Below, piece by piece: positions 22,157 to 33,322 of a stretch of 33,322 nt of DNA. Location: NCBI GenBank assembly GCA_964035545.1, contig CAXIUT010000192.1:31244-64565 (forward strand). Direction: 5' to 3'. The notes beneath the pieces were generated by a model. That model was given only the letters and a program-made list of their open reading frames with translations, was not told the DNA's origin and did no database searches. The position numbers and the translations under genes are program-made. Each line of letters opens with the position of its first letter. The first letter of the stretch is position 1. The DNA is from Bugula neritina. Its lineage: Eukaryota > Animalia > Bryozoa.

Positions 22157-24173
22157 ATGCAACATACTTAGTAAGAATGGAATGATCTACAAACTTAGTT
22201 GAAGATGTTAAGTATTGTTTCATATATGAAGGATAGTAAAATTAGAATCTTAAAAGAACTATTGAAGATCTTCAAGGAAGCCAAAAAATCTATCCATAAT
22301 TCTAACCATAATAATACATGATACGAAGTTCTCTTCAACCTATGAAAAAAAGTAATAGCAAAGAAATGAATCCAATTTGTCTACATTGTCAACCTCCATA
22401 GAAAAGCAAAGAATAATTAGTTAACTAATTGACAAGTTGGTCTGATAAATTAGCAGTAAATCTCTTCAAAAAGAAATCAACATAACTAAAAATGACTTCA
22501 TCACAATAATTCAAAGAAAGTATCCTAAAATAGTAATAAAAATAAAATCATCCTTAAAGTTTACTCGATAAGATATGTCTCTTTGGCCCCAATGCCTAAA
22601 GATGCGAGTAAATGGCTGTAAAACATATGTTTGTTCCACATCAACTCTTGTTTCCTAAAAAAGATCCACATTTCTTATTGTATTAGTCATATGGATGTTC
22701 ATTATATCCTTAAGCTGTTGATGTGAAGGTTATTCGTTAGAAAAACAAAAGTATAGAGATAGATAGGATAGTATTTAGAAAAAGTTTAAACCAACTGATT
22801 ATAAATTGGTTATTTTTCAAAGCAAAGAACAACAGTTTAGTCTTCCTACTAATAAAATCAGAAAAGAATGGAATCCATTCAGTATCGTCTATTGTGTTTC
22901 AGTTGATTTTCCTGATTACTTATTTTCAAATAAACCCTACAAAGGAATGATCAACAAAAGTGTAAGTTTATCTGAAGATAGATCGATATCTTTGTAGGTT
23001 TAGAGATAGTAGATATCATAGAAAACATAAAAAACATAAAATAGTCCAAATAAAATACAAGTTCCCAATCTCATTGCGCGTAATAGTAGTGTATATGGTG
23101 AATCAAGTATTTACAAGAGTGAGTTTAGTCTTTCTTTGATGAGTTATTATCCTTTTATTGATTTTTTCAGTCATTTTCTCAAGGAGTTGGTGAACTATAT
23201 AAAGTTAAAAAGGATAGAATAGCATGCTAAAAATCCTCAAACCTATCAAAAAATGGATATCTATTCCGTAGTCCAACAACTATAGTAATCTGCATCTCTA
23301 CTAAAACCTCTTTTCACATAATAAATAACCCAAACAAAATTCTAATATCAACTAGGAGAAGCCATGTTAAAGCTATAGCCAAAAAACCTAAAAGAATAAT
23401 TGAGTAGAGATTGGGCCTACAGAATGTTAAGAATGCTTGACAAAGATCTTTTATACTAGATATATGTGATGGTAATGCAATAAGAATCAATTTGTTTTTT
23501 AAGTGATGATTCCTATGTCCTTACTTATATGATATATCTTTTTGTTGGACTGCTTAACCATCCCTTCAACTACCCTCATCCTATTGTCAGCAGTGTCTTT
23601 TAAATTGATCATCTTTAGACTCCATTTACTGCTGTTATGGGATTAAATAAATCTAATCAATGGCTACAAACTAACTAAGATCTTTTCTTATAAAAAATAG
23701 CTGGTAAAATATTAGTACACTTACATGATGATTAGGTGAAGATAAAAGATATAAAATTAAAAGATAAGAAAAAACAAAAAATAGGTAAATCATAAAAACT
23801 AAAAAAAATATTTAATAATTTCTACAAAAAATCATAAAAATTATAAGGAACAACCAAAAGAAAAGATATTCTTTCAAGATAAATATCAAAAGCATAAAAT
23901 GAACTAACTATTCAACTAATGACCTAATTATAAAATTTTTACAATGAATAACTTCTAAGATACATGCCCAATCGATAAATAGTCGACATAATTAGAAAAT
24001 AACTATAATCAACCACTCAAAATCAAGCCTCAGCCAGCACCAAATTGACCCATAAAATAGAATAATATATATCAGAATCAAGAAAACAAACCTAACGTGA
24101 TCCTGTAGTTGACATGCTAGTTCAAAAACAAATCTTTTCGGTGTATCTCACCATCTTCTATGATATTGTATGA
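22157..24173 (+). CDS. DENN-domain protein (putative Rab GEF)
   Basis: SLMSYYPFIDFFSHFL, MQEESICFLSDDSYVLT...HPFNYPHPIVS...LETPFTAVMG, and a C-terminal LVQKQIF resembling dDENN. TGA at 24171-24173. Confidence 0.72.
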
Positions 24174-24256
24174 TAACTGTTATATATTATAGTTATTATA
24201 AAGCAAATATTATTGTTGATAGATAAGGAAATAGAATAGATAGTGTTTGAATAATA

Positions 24257-25876
24257 TCAAATATAGAGATTTAGTCCTCGCCTCTTAAGCAAGGCAATCT
24301 TATTTCTTGTATTAGTATACTGCGTATGAATATTATTCTTTTGCAGTGATACCGAACTGAGATGTTTATTAAGATTAGTATAATTAATCAAAGCATCCAA
24401 AGAGATCTCCTGTAGATCATTATTAGTCAAATTCAAAGAATGCACCTTAGTTTTAACAAGATAGTTCAAAATTTGATTAAATTGAACATCTTGAAGTCCA
24501 GTCCCAATAAATTTAACTACCTAGATCTGATTCCAATTGATATTATCAAGATATATCTTAAGATCAACTTCCTTGAGGTCATAATTAAACAACTAAAGTG
24601 TATTATTATTAATTGAAGTCATAATGGTTGCTTACTATGTTCTAGTAATTTCCATTTTTTTAAGATACTTATTGTTTTATTTCTAACTATGAATTATCTT
24701 TCTTTGCTTTACTTATACCTCTCTATTTCTCTATTTCTTTTATATCGAACATTATTGTAAAAAATTAATCTATGATTTAGCCTATGACAACAACATCTAT
24801 TCTTAACTTTGATCAGGACTATACGACAGCTAATCATCCATTTTAAGACTACTTATCAACTATTGAAATCGACTTCTTTTTTATTATCTTTTCTGAAATA
24901 CCTTTGTCTTCATGCTACATTTACTATATTCATCTCTTGATGTCTGATCACTCAAATCCTATAAAACAGATTTTGAATATCTGAATTGGTTTATTAGTTT
25001 TTCATTTTTCATTGTATTATCACAAAGACTATTATCTAAATATTCTGTTTATAGTTTCAAACTGCTCAGTTCTTTACATAGGATGTTACTTAGTTGATTT
25101 TGGTTTATTTTTTGGGGAGATTATACGTTTTTTACATTGAAATTTATTGATTTTTAATTTTATTTGTTCTTATTCTTATTAAAATTAGCTAACTATATTG
25201 ATTATCTTCTTGGTTTTATTGAAGATTTTATAGTTTTTCTTTATCTATTAACTAAATCATAAATAGTAAAATTTCTTTACAGAATAATACCAGGTTAATC
25301 TATAACTTTTTATGCCATTTATTCTAGATTTAGAGAATTAAACTAAATGATTCTTTGTTCTAGAATTTTAGCTTCTTATATAATTTATTTTAAATTACTA
25401 CCTGTTTAAATAAGCATTTTCCATTCTGCAACAGCTTGACAATGTCCAACCACTTCCTGTTTAACTCTGTTATGCAGATGTCTAATTCGATTGACCTAGT
25501 TGTTATATATTCTTTATAGCAATTCATTGAAAGCACATATATCTTCTATTTTATCTTCTACTAAAAGTTATAGCTGATTTACCAATCCCAATGGACAATA
25601 CTTTTATCCACTACTTGACTCCATTTCATCATTCTTTGATAGTCTCTGAAGAGCTCTCACTATATGAGTGTTTAATTGGATCAGTTAGAGTGGTTGGAAG
25701 GTTTTATGGGAAGGACAAGATATCGATGATGTTTTTTTGGATTGAGTTAGAGGGATAAGACATCTTTTGCAGAGAGAGTGAGAACAGGGCAAAAGAAATG
25801 GTTGGTTAGTTTGAGGATGGAACCATTGTTGACATTGAATGCATTTGAATTCTGATAGGTTGTAAATATTCATCAT
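24257..25876 (-). CDS. RING-finger protein with central coiled-coil/low-complexity region and C-terminal leucine-rich repeats
   Basis: CIQC...LLPCSHSLCKRC...ISCPSH at the N-terminus. C-terminal VHSLNLTNNDL and LSSVSLQKNNI match LxxLxLxxNxL. Confidence 0.75.
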
Positions 25877-26023
25877 TAACGAATATTATAAAATAATTAA
25901 ATAGTAAAACTAAAATCAATACTCTCATTCATATTTGATTTATTTTTAAAATAAACTTTTTCAAAAATATTTATTTATGATCATTTTTGATTCAAAAACT
26001 ATTTATAATTCAAAATTACAAAA

Positions 26024-26906
26024 ATGTAGAACGAATAATAGCATGACCTCTCTTCCTCATATTTCTAAAAATGTACATAACTATCCATCATCGAATAACC
26101 CTTCCCTCTCCAAGCAATACCAAACGAACTATAAAGACGAGATCTGCATACTTAATTCTAATTGATTCGAGCCCTAACATAAACAAAACGACATAAACAA
26201 AAATTCAGAAACAACGGAATCCTCTAAAACAAAAAAAAATAGATACCCAGAACAATCCATCTGTACCATTCAAGTTAATCTAGACTAACACAGTCGAGTC
26301 ATTCTACCCTAGCAAGAATAATAAACAACATACATCAATGCCAACAGAATACCTATAATTCAAAACAAAAAAATTATCATAACGCAAGCACCACTCTAAT
26401 CCACTCAAAATAATTTTGAATCCATGATCAGACAAGAAAACATCGAATGCGTTGTTCAGCTATGCAATTTGGTATAAGGAGGAAGAACCAGATGTTTTGA
26501 CTACCTTTCCAACAGATAAACCCAAGTTGTCAAAGAAATAGATTCGTATTTGACTGTCAGTAGAATTACAGTAGAACAAGAATAAAAATAAAGTATCAGG
26601 TATTGTCATGTTCACTATTGCGAGTGGCCAGATCGAGGATTGCCTGAACATCCTTCACATATCCAAAATTTTATCTAAGAAATATTAAAATATGACAACA
26701 TACTTATCCATTGCAGTGCTGGACTGGGCAGATCTGGAGTCCTAACATCATTGATATTTTTATAGCTAGCTTTCAGACAAAACCAAAAAGCATCGGTCTT
26801 CGGAGTGGTCCGCAAGTTACGATAGCATCGATATGGAGCAGTCCAAAATAACTAACAATACAAATACATCTACCAATACTTCAAATAAATCAATAGTAAC
26901 TAGTGA
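26024..26906 (+). CDS. Classical (non-receptor) protein tyrosine phosphatase
   Basis: Single open frame with KNRY, YINAN, IITQAPL, WPD, IHCSAGLGRSG, LREHRYGAVQNN[TAA]QY. Probable 21-nt intron at 26263-26283. Confidence 0.93.
26263..26283 (+). other. Probable 21-nt in-frame intron
   Basis: gtaccattcaagttaatctag; its removal gives KNRYPEQSIYEHSRVIL, matching the spacing of the PTP KNRYxDILPYDHSRV motif. Confidence 0.75.
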
Positions 26907-26930
26907 TATCTATAATTTATTCATTGACAA

Positions 26931-29900
26931 TCACAATCTGAAGATGATAAGCAAGTGACTCAAACACTTGAAAAAAACGAATTTTATCCTCCATAGAATT
27001 AAATTATATATTGATAAGATTGATAAATCCCCAACTAGAATTGCTAACTATCGTACAACAGTGTTTCACTATCGGCGTACTAGAAAACGAACCTTTATCG
27101 CTACCAAAAATAGAATTGATCCATACCTATTCATTCATCTAGTAAAATATTTGAAATTATCTTATATGACGGATATTGACCTTGTATTTCTTTTTTACCT
27201 AGCCGTCAGGATACTTATACACTCGAAATGTATACTATTCGTCTATGTCGACTACTGCGTCTTTAAATGAACCGTCAGATCGATATAACTTACATCTGAA
27301 GCCTTTTTTCATTAACTAGTATAATTCGTTTTATTTTAGATCTATTTTATCGTCTGCTGCTAGCTTTACGGGAGGATTATGGATCAAAAATAGAATAGCT
27401 TTGCATATTTAACTATATTACTACTATTTTATCAACTTTTTAACTGTCACTTGTAGTTTATCATTAGGTTTTCTAAGAATTTATCTGAATTGCTGTGAAC
27501 GAAGAAGATGGTATGCTAGTAAAAAGAGAGCATCTGCTTGGAACTAAGTAGATATAAATTTAAGATACATTTATGGTATTCCTTTGATAAGACCCTACTC
27601 TTCATCTACATCATAGCTAAAAGATAAAATATTTTTTAAACTCTGAAGACATTTAGTCAATACATTTTTATCAGTTACCTTCAATGTCAGCACTTTGATA
27701 ATGCTCGAAAATGCTCTTTTATTAAGAAAGTTAGGAATATGCGGCGAATAATGAAACAAAATATCAAGACAACTTTATTCCACATCAGTCATCTAGATAA
27801 CTCTAACCAAACAATCCAAAAACCCACTTTTCAAAATCTAATCCAGTTGAGGATTAGAATGGAATATTCTAACTATTATTTTATAAATATAGTTTTATAT
27901 TTTTCTATAAGTCTAGCTATTATCTTTAGTTATGTTGAGAATACCCAACTGAGGAATAACTACATTGGCTATCACCCCCAATATATTCGACTTCAACACA
28001 AACGGAATACACAAATCATGTAGAGTCAAATTGGTTATCAACCTCGATGCTTTTATCATCAACTTCTCATCAGATAGCAATTTCAAATATCCATTATCAA
28101 ATACGGTAATTTCTTTTAAGTTACATACCACAGCTATAAGTTGGGATCCTGGCAGATAGCATCAATCGAATCTATGCAGCTAGCTATCAGTTCTATATGA
28201 GATGCGTCGATGGTTTCGAGCAGAGTGACTGTGAGCAATGTAATTTTGCTATTGTGAAGAGTGACCAATCTTTATTTATTACTAGCTAGATTAGAAATCA
28301 AATCGAGAAGCAATTTAATATATTTTTATTTTTTTTAATCATAGCCAGTCATAATATCCACCCTCTCAGTAAACACAATCATACTACTACAAAAAGATTC
28401 CTACAAAATCATATTAGAACAATCTTTCAATAAAGACATATTACCCAGCGCCCTCAAGATATGTTTATAAGGCGCATAGCTATCAGAATCCAAATTACAT
28501 TTAAACAACTTCAATAAGACATCAACCACGCGATGTATATCGAACGTAGGATGAGAATCAAAACATCTAGAAAAACTCAAATTACCGATCAGAAGACTTG
28601 AATGTTGAGCGATGTTGCTATTTGTTGGTGCCAGTAATACGCTATCCAACAGCTGGTACATCAATTTGTCAAGTTTTATTACGTCCAGGCAGGCAGTTGA
28701 CTACTAGAAAGTCAAAGCTGATTATGCGAAACATAAATTACCAGTTATTTTTGTATTTTTAGGAAACATAGCTATAAATTTCATTATCTTAGCATGGATG
28801 TTTATGTGGATCCATTATGAACGAATTTGAGGGTATCTAGCTGCCATGCCAATCATGCCCAAAAGATGACATATCTCATCTTAAAGATTACTCATTTTTA
28901 TCAACTACTACACAAAATGATGATACTTCTGAGTATAAAAATAATTCAAATCAGCTGTCTTAGTCAAATTCAAGTTGATTACCTGACAGCCCTCACCCAA
29001 AAAGTTTTGTTTTACTCGTTTAATAGCTATATCTAGATACTGCCTTGACACCAATTTGTATCTTTTGCTCAGTTGAAAGGCAGGGATGTGAGATTGCACC
29101 AGTTCTAGAACTTGTTCTTTATGTAGAATTGTTTTTTATGGATCAAGAAGCAATTTCATTATTTTTTAACAATTAATTCGATGATAAAGTTGAACCATAA
29201 GACTACCCAGTAACTACTTTTCTTATTAAGTAAATTTATGTTTTTCAAGGATATGATAAATATTGTAAAATTTAGATATCTAATATTCATTACTTATACA
29301 TTTTTTTTATTATCTAAAATACCTATAATAAATTAGATTATTTTCCCTATTGCAACTGTTGATATTGTTACATTGATACATTTGATTTATACTAATTTTT
29401 GTCTACTTATTATGAAATCACTTTTTGAGGAGTATATGCTATACCGAAAGGATGCTACTATTACTATTGTGACATTTTTTACTGAGGAGTATAGATATTT
29501 GACATCTACTATTACTCTCCTATGTATTTGATTTAATTTTTTTACTTCTATTTTATCTGATAATTATTCAGTATTATCATTATTTCTTCTTTTATCTACT
29601 TCTACACTATCTTGTTTACCAACCTCTTGACTCTTTATATTTCAATGTATACTCCTCTTTTGCTCATACTCTAAAAACAATCCCGAACATCCTACAACAA
29701 CTCCTGTCTTTAGTCATCAGTTATATTATCATTCATAATAACTTCACTCACCAACTTCTCACTCAACAACGCCAAATTATTCTATATCCCTTAATTCGAT
29801 GAAGAAGACAAGATATCAAATATATTACCAACTATATCAACATATCTCGGATACAACTACCAATAATGTTCCTGTTTTTCTGATATGAAGTTGACAAGAG

Positions 29901-32178
29901 ATGATAATTATTTTTATTTGATTAGATCTGGATATTCACTGGCAAAGATCATCGACTGATGGATAGATTCGACTGATTAGTTACTTATATTACTCATCTT
30001 GCCATAATAACTCTTCTTACCATCTTTCTGCTGCTATGTATAGATATAAGATGCCAATTTACCATTAGTATGAATTAGGGACTACAAATCAAGAGATAGC
30101 AATTTTGTATTTATACGATATGGTAAACAACTTTAGAGTAGATAGTTTTACTGAGGAATTAGACGTATATGAGATGATATTATGCTGTCAATTGGTGCTA
30201 TCAACTGCTAAAATGATTTTAGATACTTTTTTGGTTAGTATTTTTCTTATTATGAAGCCCATCCTTTTAAAAAATATGATAGCATCATCACATTTGTTTC
30301 ATAGTTCTAGTATCGAGCCATTTTATTAACCAACTCATGCAATTATGACTTGTATTTTATCGAAAATTAAGCTCTATCATAGTTGGTAAATACCTTACCT
30401 AAAAATCCAATAATAAACGCCATCTTTTTACTCATTTATCTTTTATCTTGTTTTTTAAGTATATCAAATATATCCTTGATATCTTTATCTGTGACTTCTT
30501 CAATACTCAATAGCCAAAAACATTGTTTAGGAAGAAATTTCAAATGTTTTTTCCATTAATCTTATTCAACTAACATCAATAGTAGTTGACTTATTGAACC
30601 CCAATCGATTATTTATCCTTTATAATGTTATTATATCCAACTAATCATCTACAATATTCGCTTCAAATCCACTTAATCTATCATTTATTCGTTTATCATC
30701 AAGTATAGTTCAATTGATTGAAGTATTTTTGATACTAAATTTACATCATTCAAGTACATATTCTTTAATAGAGAATTTATATCTAACTTAGTCTATCTTG
30801 CTATTGACTACCTGAAAGATTATATTGCTTTTTCCTTAGCTATTTTTAAAGTATCAGCATCGACTTCAGTTTCCTGGTCTTTAAGGGCTAAAATTTACTT
30901 AATATGCTATAATTCTTGATTATTTTTTGGAACTCTTGAAGCCCTCTCGATCATAAGATCATTATTAATTTGAGAACTAAATTTATTTCTTATTTTTGAA
31001 CTTAAAACACCCACAGTTATACCTGTAGCTTTCAACTACTTCAAGTATTTAGCCATCTAAGCAATTTTATTATTAGAATTCGCAAGTAAAAGATTGTCAT
31101 ATTAAGTCCAATTAATAAAATATGGTACAGAAGGATCAATTTATGATAAATTGAAGCAAAGTTTAGTATAATTTAGGAGACTTACTTGATGCTGTGGTAC
31201 TTTATTGATTAATTCTTTGATAAAGAGTTTATTATATTTACAATAGTTTGAAAAAATACCAAATATTTTACTTTAATTTTGAGCATCAACTTTTCCTAAC
31301 ATTTTGAAGTAGTTATTAATGATGATTTATTGAAGCTGTTCTTTACAAAAATATTAAGTATAACTCCATATATAAACCTGATTAAGATATTTATCATAAA
31401 TATTATTTCTAATAATCTAATTGCAATATCCCTGGTCATAACTCTTCTCCAATATATTCGAAATAACAGCTATATATTCCTCATACTGCTAAATAATCAA
31501 AGACAATGTATTTTCTTGCTCTTTTATAGTATTTCTATCTACAGCCGTTATGGCCCGAATCAACTTGATACCTTGATACAAGTGATACTTGTCCTTGATG
31601 TTCTGATAGACATAATTAACAAAAATATATTTGGCCAGGCCTGACCGTCCGACCAACCGAGAGTTGCCTTCATTCATCTCGCATATCGAATTTAATATTT
31701 AGACTGATAAATGAGGACAGATATTGATGTTTCTATTGATAATGTCGATAACGGTCTTCCAATCCATGTTATGATCTTTTTGAAAGATGTTCAAAAAACG
31801 AACTAAGATAGTACACCCTAAAGTATATAACTATCCTCTAGATAAAATGCTTATCAGAAGTTGTCGATCTAAGTTTATATACTTGGGATTTCTAAGATGA
31901 TCAATTGCAATATTAAGTTTATTTATTAGTATTTGATTATTTTTAGCCTTAGCTTTGAGTATTTACATCTGAGAAATAATTGTCAATCCGTTGGTGCTAT
32001 TTTTAGATGGAACTATCATCGGAATAAGATTGATCAAGCACAATAATGATTAAAAATTATCTTCAATAGTTGAGTTTTCATAGAATAGTTCACATACTCG
32101 TCTAAATGTCTTGCTTACTAGTTGATAATCCTTATCGGAAAGACTTGGTAAATAGGAATTTTATCTTATCTAGTCCAT
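26931..32178 (-). CDS. Large helical/armadillo-repeat protein (~1740 aa) with a probable C-terminal PH domain
   Basis: Near-continuous minus-strand frame from ATG 32178. ARM-like segments (HSSLLIGNLS, HILRALGNMS, ASRLITNLT). C-terminus LMKKGFRCKLYRSDG...INIEFNSMEDKIRFFKCLSHL has a PH-like strand/helix pattern. Probable 20-nt intron at 29280-29299. Confidence 0.68.
29280..29299 (-). other. Probable 20-nt intron
   Basis: gtataagtaatgaatattag; contains the TGA that would otherwise split the gene. One indel in the adjacent A-run is also needed. Confidence 0.55.
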
Positions 32179-32473
32179 GATGCTGAGTGATATAAATCTA
32201 AATGATATTAAAAAGATGAAAATGATATAATATTGATCATTGTTGATATTGAATAAATTGTTCAAAAAAATATTTGAATTTATTTAAAAGTTTTTCAAAA
32301 GATTCAAGTTTTTTTCTAGAATAATAAGTAGTAGTTTTATATAAAACTATTCTTCTATAACTTGTAACATATATATTCAAATTTTTTTTTGTACAAAAAT
32401 AAAAAATAGGAGCTTAGTGGTAGTTTTATCAATCAGAAATAAATGAAATATAATTCAAAATATTTATGGTTTA

Positions 32474-32869
32474 TCATCTGTGTTTTTTTTCATGTTTGTT
32501 CCTCAGGTGGCAGTTCAAGGCTATCTTAGAGCTGTAGAAATGACCACACTCTTCATGAGGGCACTTTAATCCCTTTCTAAACTTCTTCTTAGGCCTTTCC
32601 ATCTCCCTATCCATCATTCTTAATCTCTCCAAAGATGATATGTTCTCAGTTAAGTCATTCAATTTAGCCCGAACTTCATTAGTAAAGCTTCCAATTATGT
32701 TTTTGATCCCGCTTATCTCTGAAATCAAATATTCAGTTTGAGCTTTAAGAGATGAGAAACTTTTTTAATATTCTTGTTGCTGAAAACTTTGTAGAACCTG
32801 ATACTATGTTACAAATTGAGGGCATATTGGCAGTTAGCCATTTTGCTAGGAGCTGTTAAAAGGCATCAT
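32474..32869 (-). CDS. Small coiled-coil plus single C2H2 zinc-finger protein
   Basis: CPHEECGHFYSSKIALNCHLRNKH near the C-terminus. The frame is open back to ATG 32869, with an alternative in-frame ATG at 32941. Confidence 0.8.
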
Positions 32870-33234
32870 TTCACTTTGTGATAAATTAAATAATAATATT
32901 GGAGCTTTATTTTTTTATTTAAGCTAGAGGAAGATAGTCATAAATACTTTTAACGATAAAATTCGTTCTAATTGCAATAAAGCAATGAAGAAAGAACTTT
33001 TTTAGGTTTATTTGTTTTCTTTGAAAGGTTACCACCCTTTTTTGAAAACAATGCATCACAAATATCAATTTTTATAATGAATTTAAAAATAAATAGCTTA
33101 AAAATGATCACAGAAGATGAGCCATGATGATATTAGAATATTAACTTTTTTTATCTTTGATAAAGCCTTTATATTTCATATTTATCTGATATTCATTTTA
33201 TATAATCATCAACAAATATCACTAATCATATTTA

Positions 33235-33322
33235 TGGGGTTGGGGTTGGGGTTGGGGTTGGGGTTGGGGTTGGGGTTGGGGTTGGGGTTGGGGTTGGGGT
33301 TGGGGTTGGGGTTGGGGTTGGG
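33235..33322 (+). repeat. Right telomere, (GGGGTT)n
   Basis: Perfect G4T2 array running to the end of the window, complementary to the left end. Confidence 0.98.

Noticed and set aside
240-32869. Genes as pseudogenes because of many in-frame TAA/TAG
   Set aside because: These codons fall at conserved Glu positions in otherwise intact genes, so this is reassignment rather than decay.

Overview
This is eukaryotic DNA: an apparently complete, telomere-to-telomere ~33 kb ciliate macronuclear chromosome. It is capped by (CCCCAA)n at 1-93 and (GGGGTT)n at ~33235-33322. The supplied ORF track is fragmented because the organism does not use the standard code. TAA and TAG both fall at invariant glutamate positions (kinase APE, cyclin KYEEIYP, cyclophilin [25 protein letters not shown]-hand position 12), and TGA is the only stop. 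This is the UAR=Glu peritrich-type code (NCBI table 30), not the usual ciliate UAR=Gln code. Re-read that way, the window holds about 20 tightly packed genes with tiny 20-22 nt GT-AG introns: an ACX4/GCDH-like acyl-CoA dehydrogenase, a Trf4/TENT4-like nucleotidyltransferase, two SHAQKYF-like Myb proteins, a pepsin-like protease, a cyclophilin, a giant secreted low-complexity/Cys-rich protein, a CDPK-like pseudokinase, a DHHC palmitoyltransferase, a tail-anchored ubiquitin-like protein, a cyclin, a DENN protein, a RING-LRR protein, a classical tyrosine phosphatase, a large ARM+PH protein, a C2H2 protein and several hypotheticals. The most unusual feature is a perfect 77-nt internal telomeric tract (11643-11719) lying inside an uninterrupted reading frame of the giant secreted protein. 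Scattered single-base indels, mostly in homopolymers, suggest a low-accuracy long read, so several gene boundaries are approximate. All translations were done by eye and no database searches were run.
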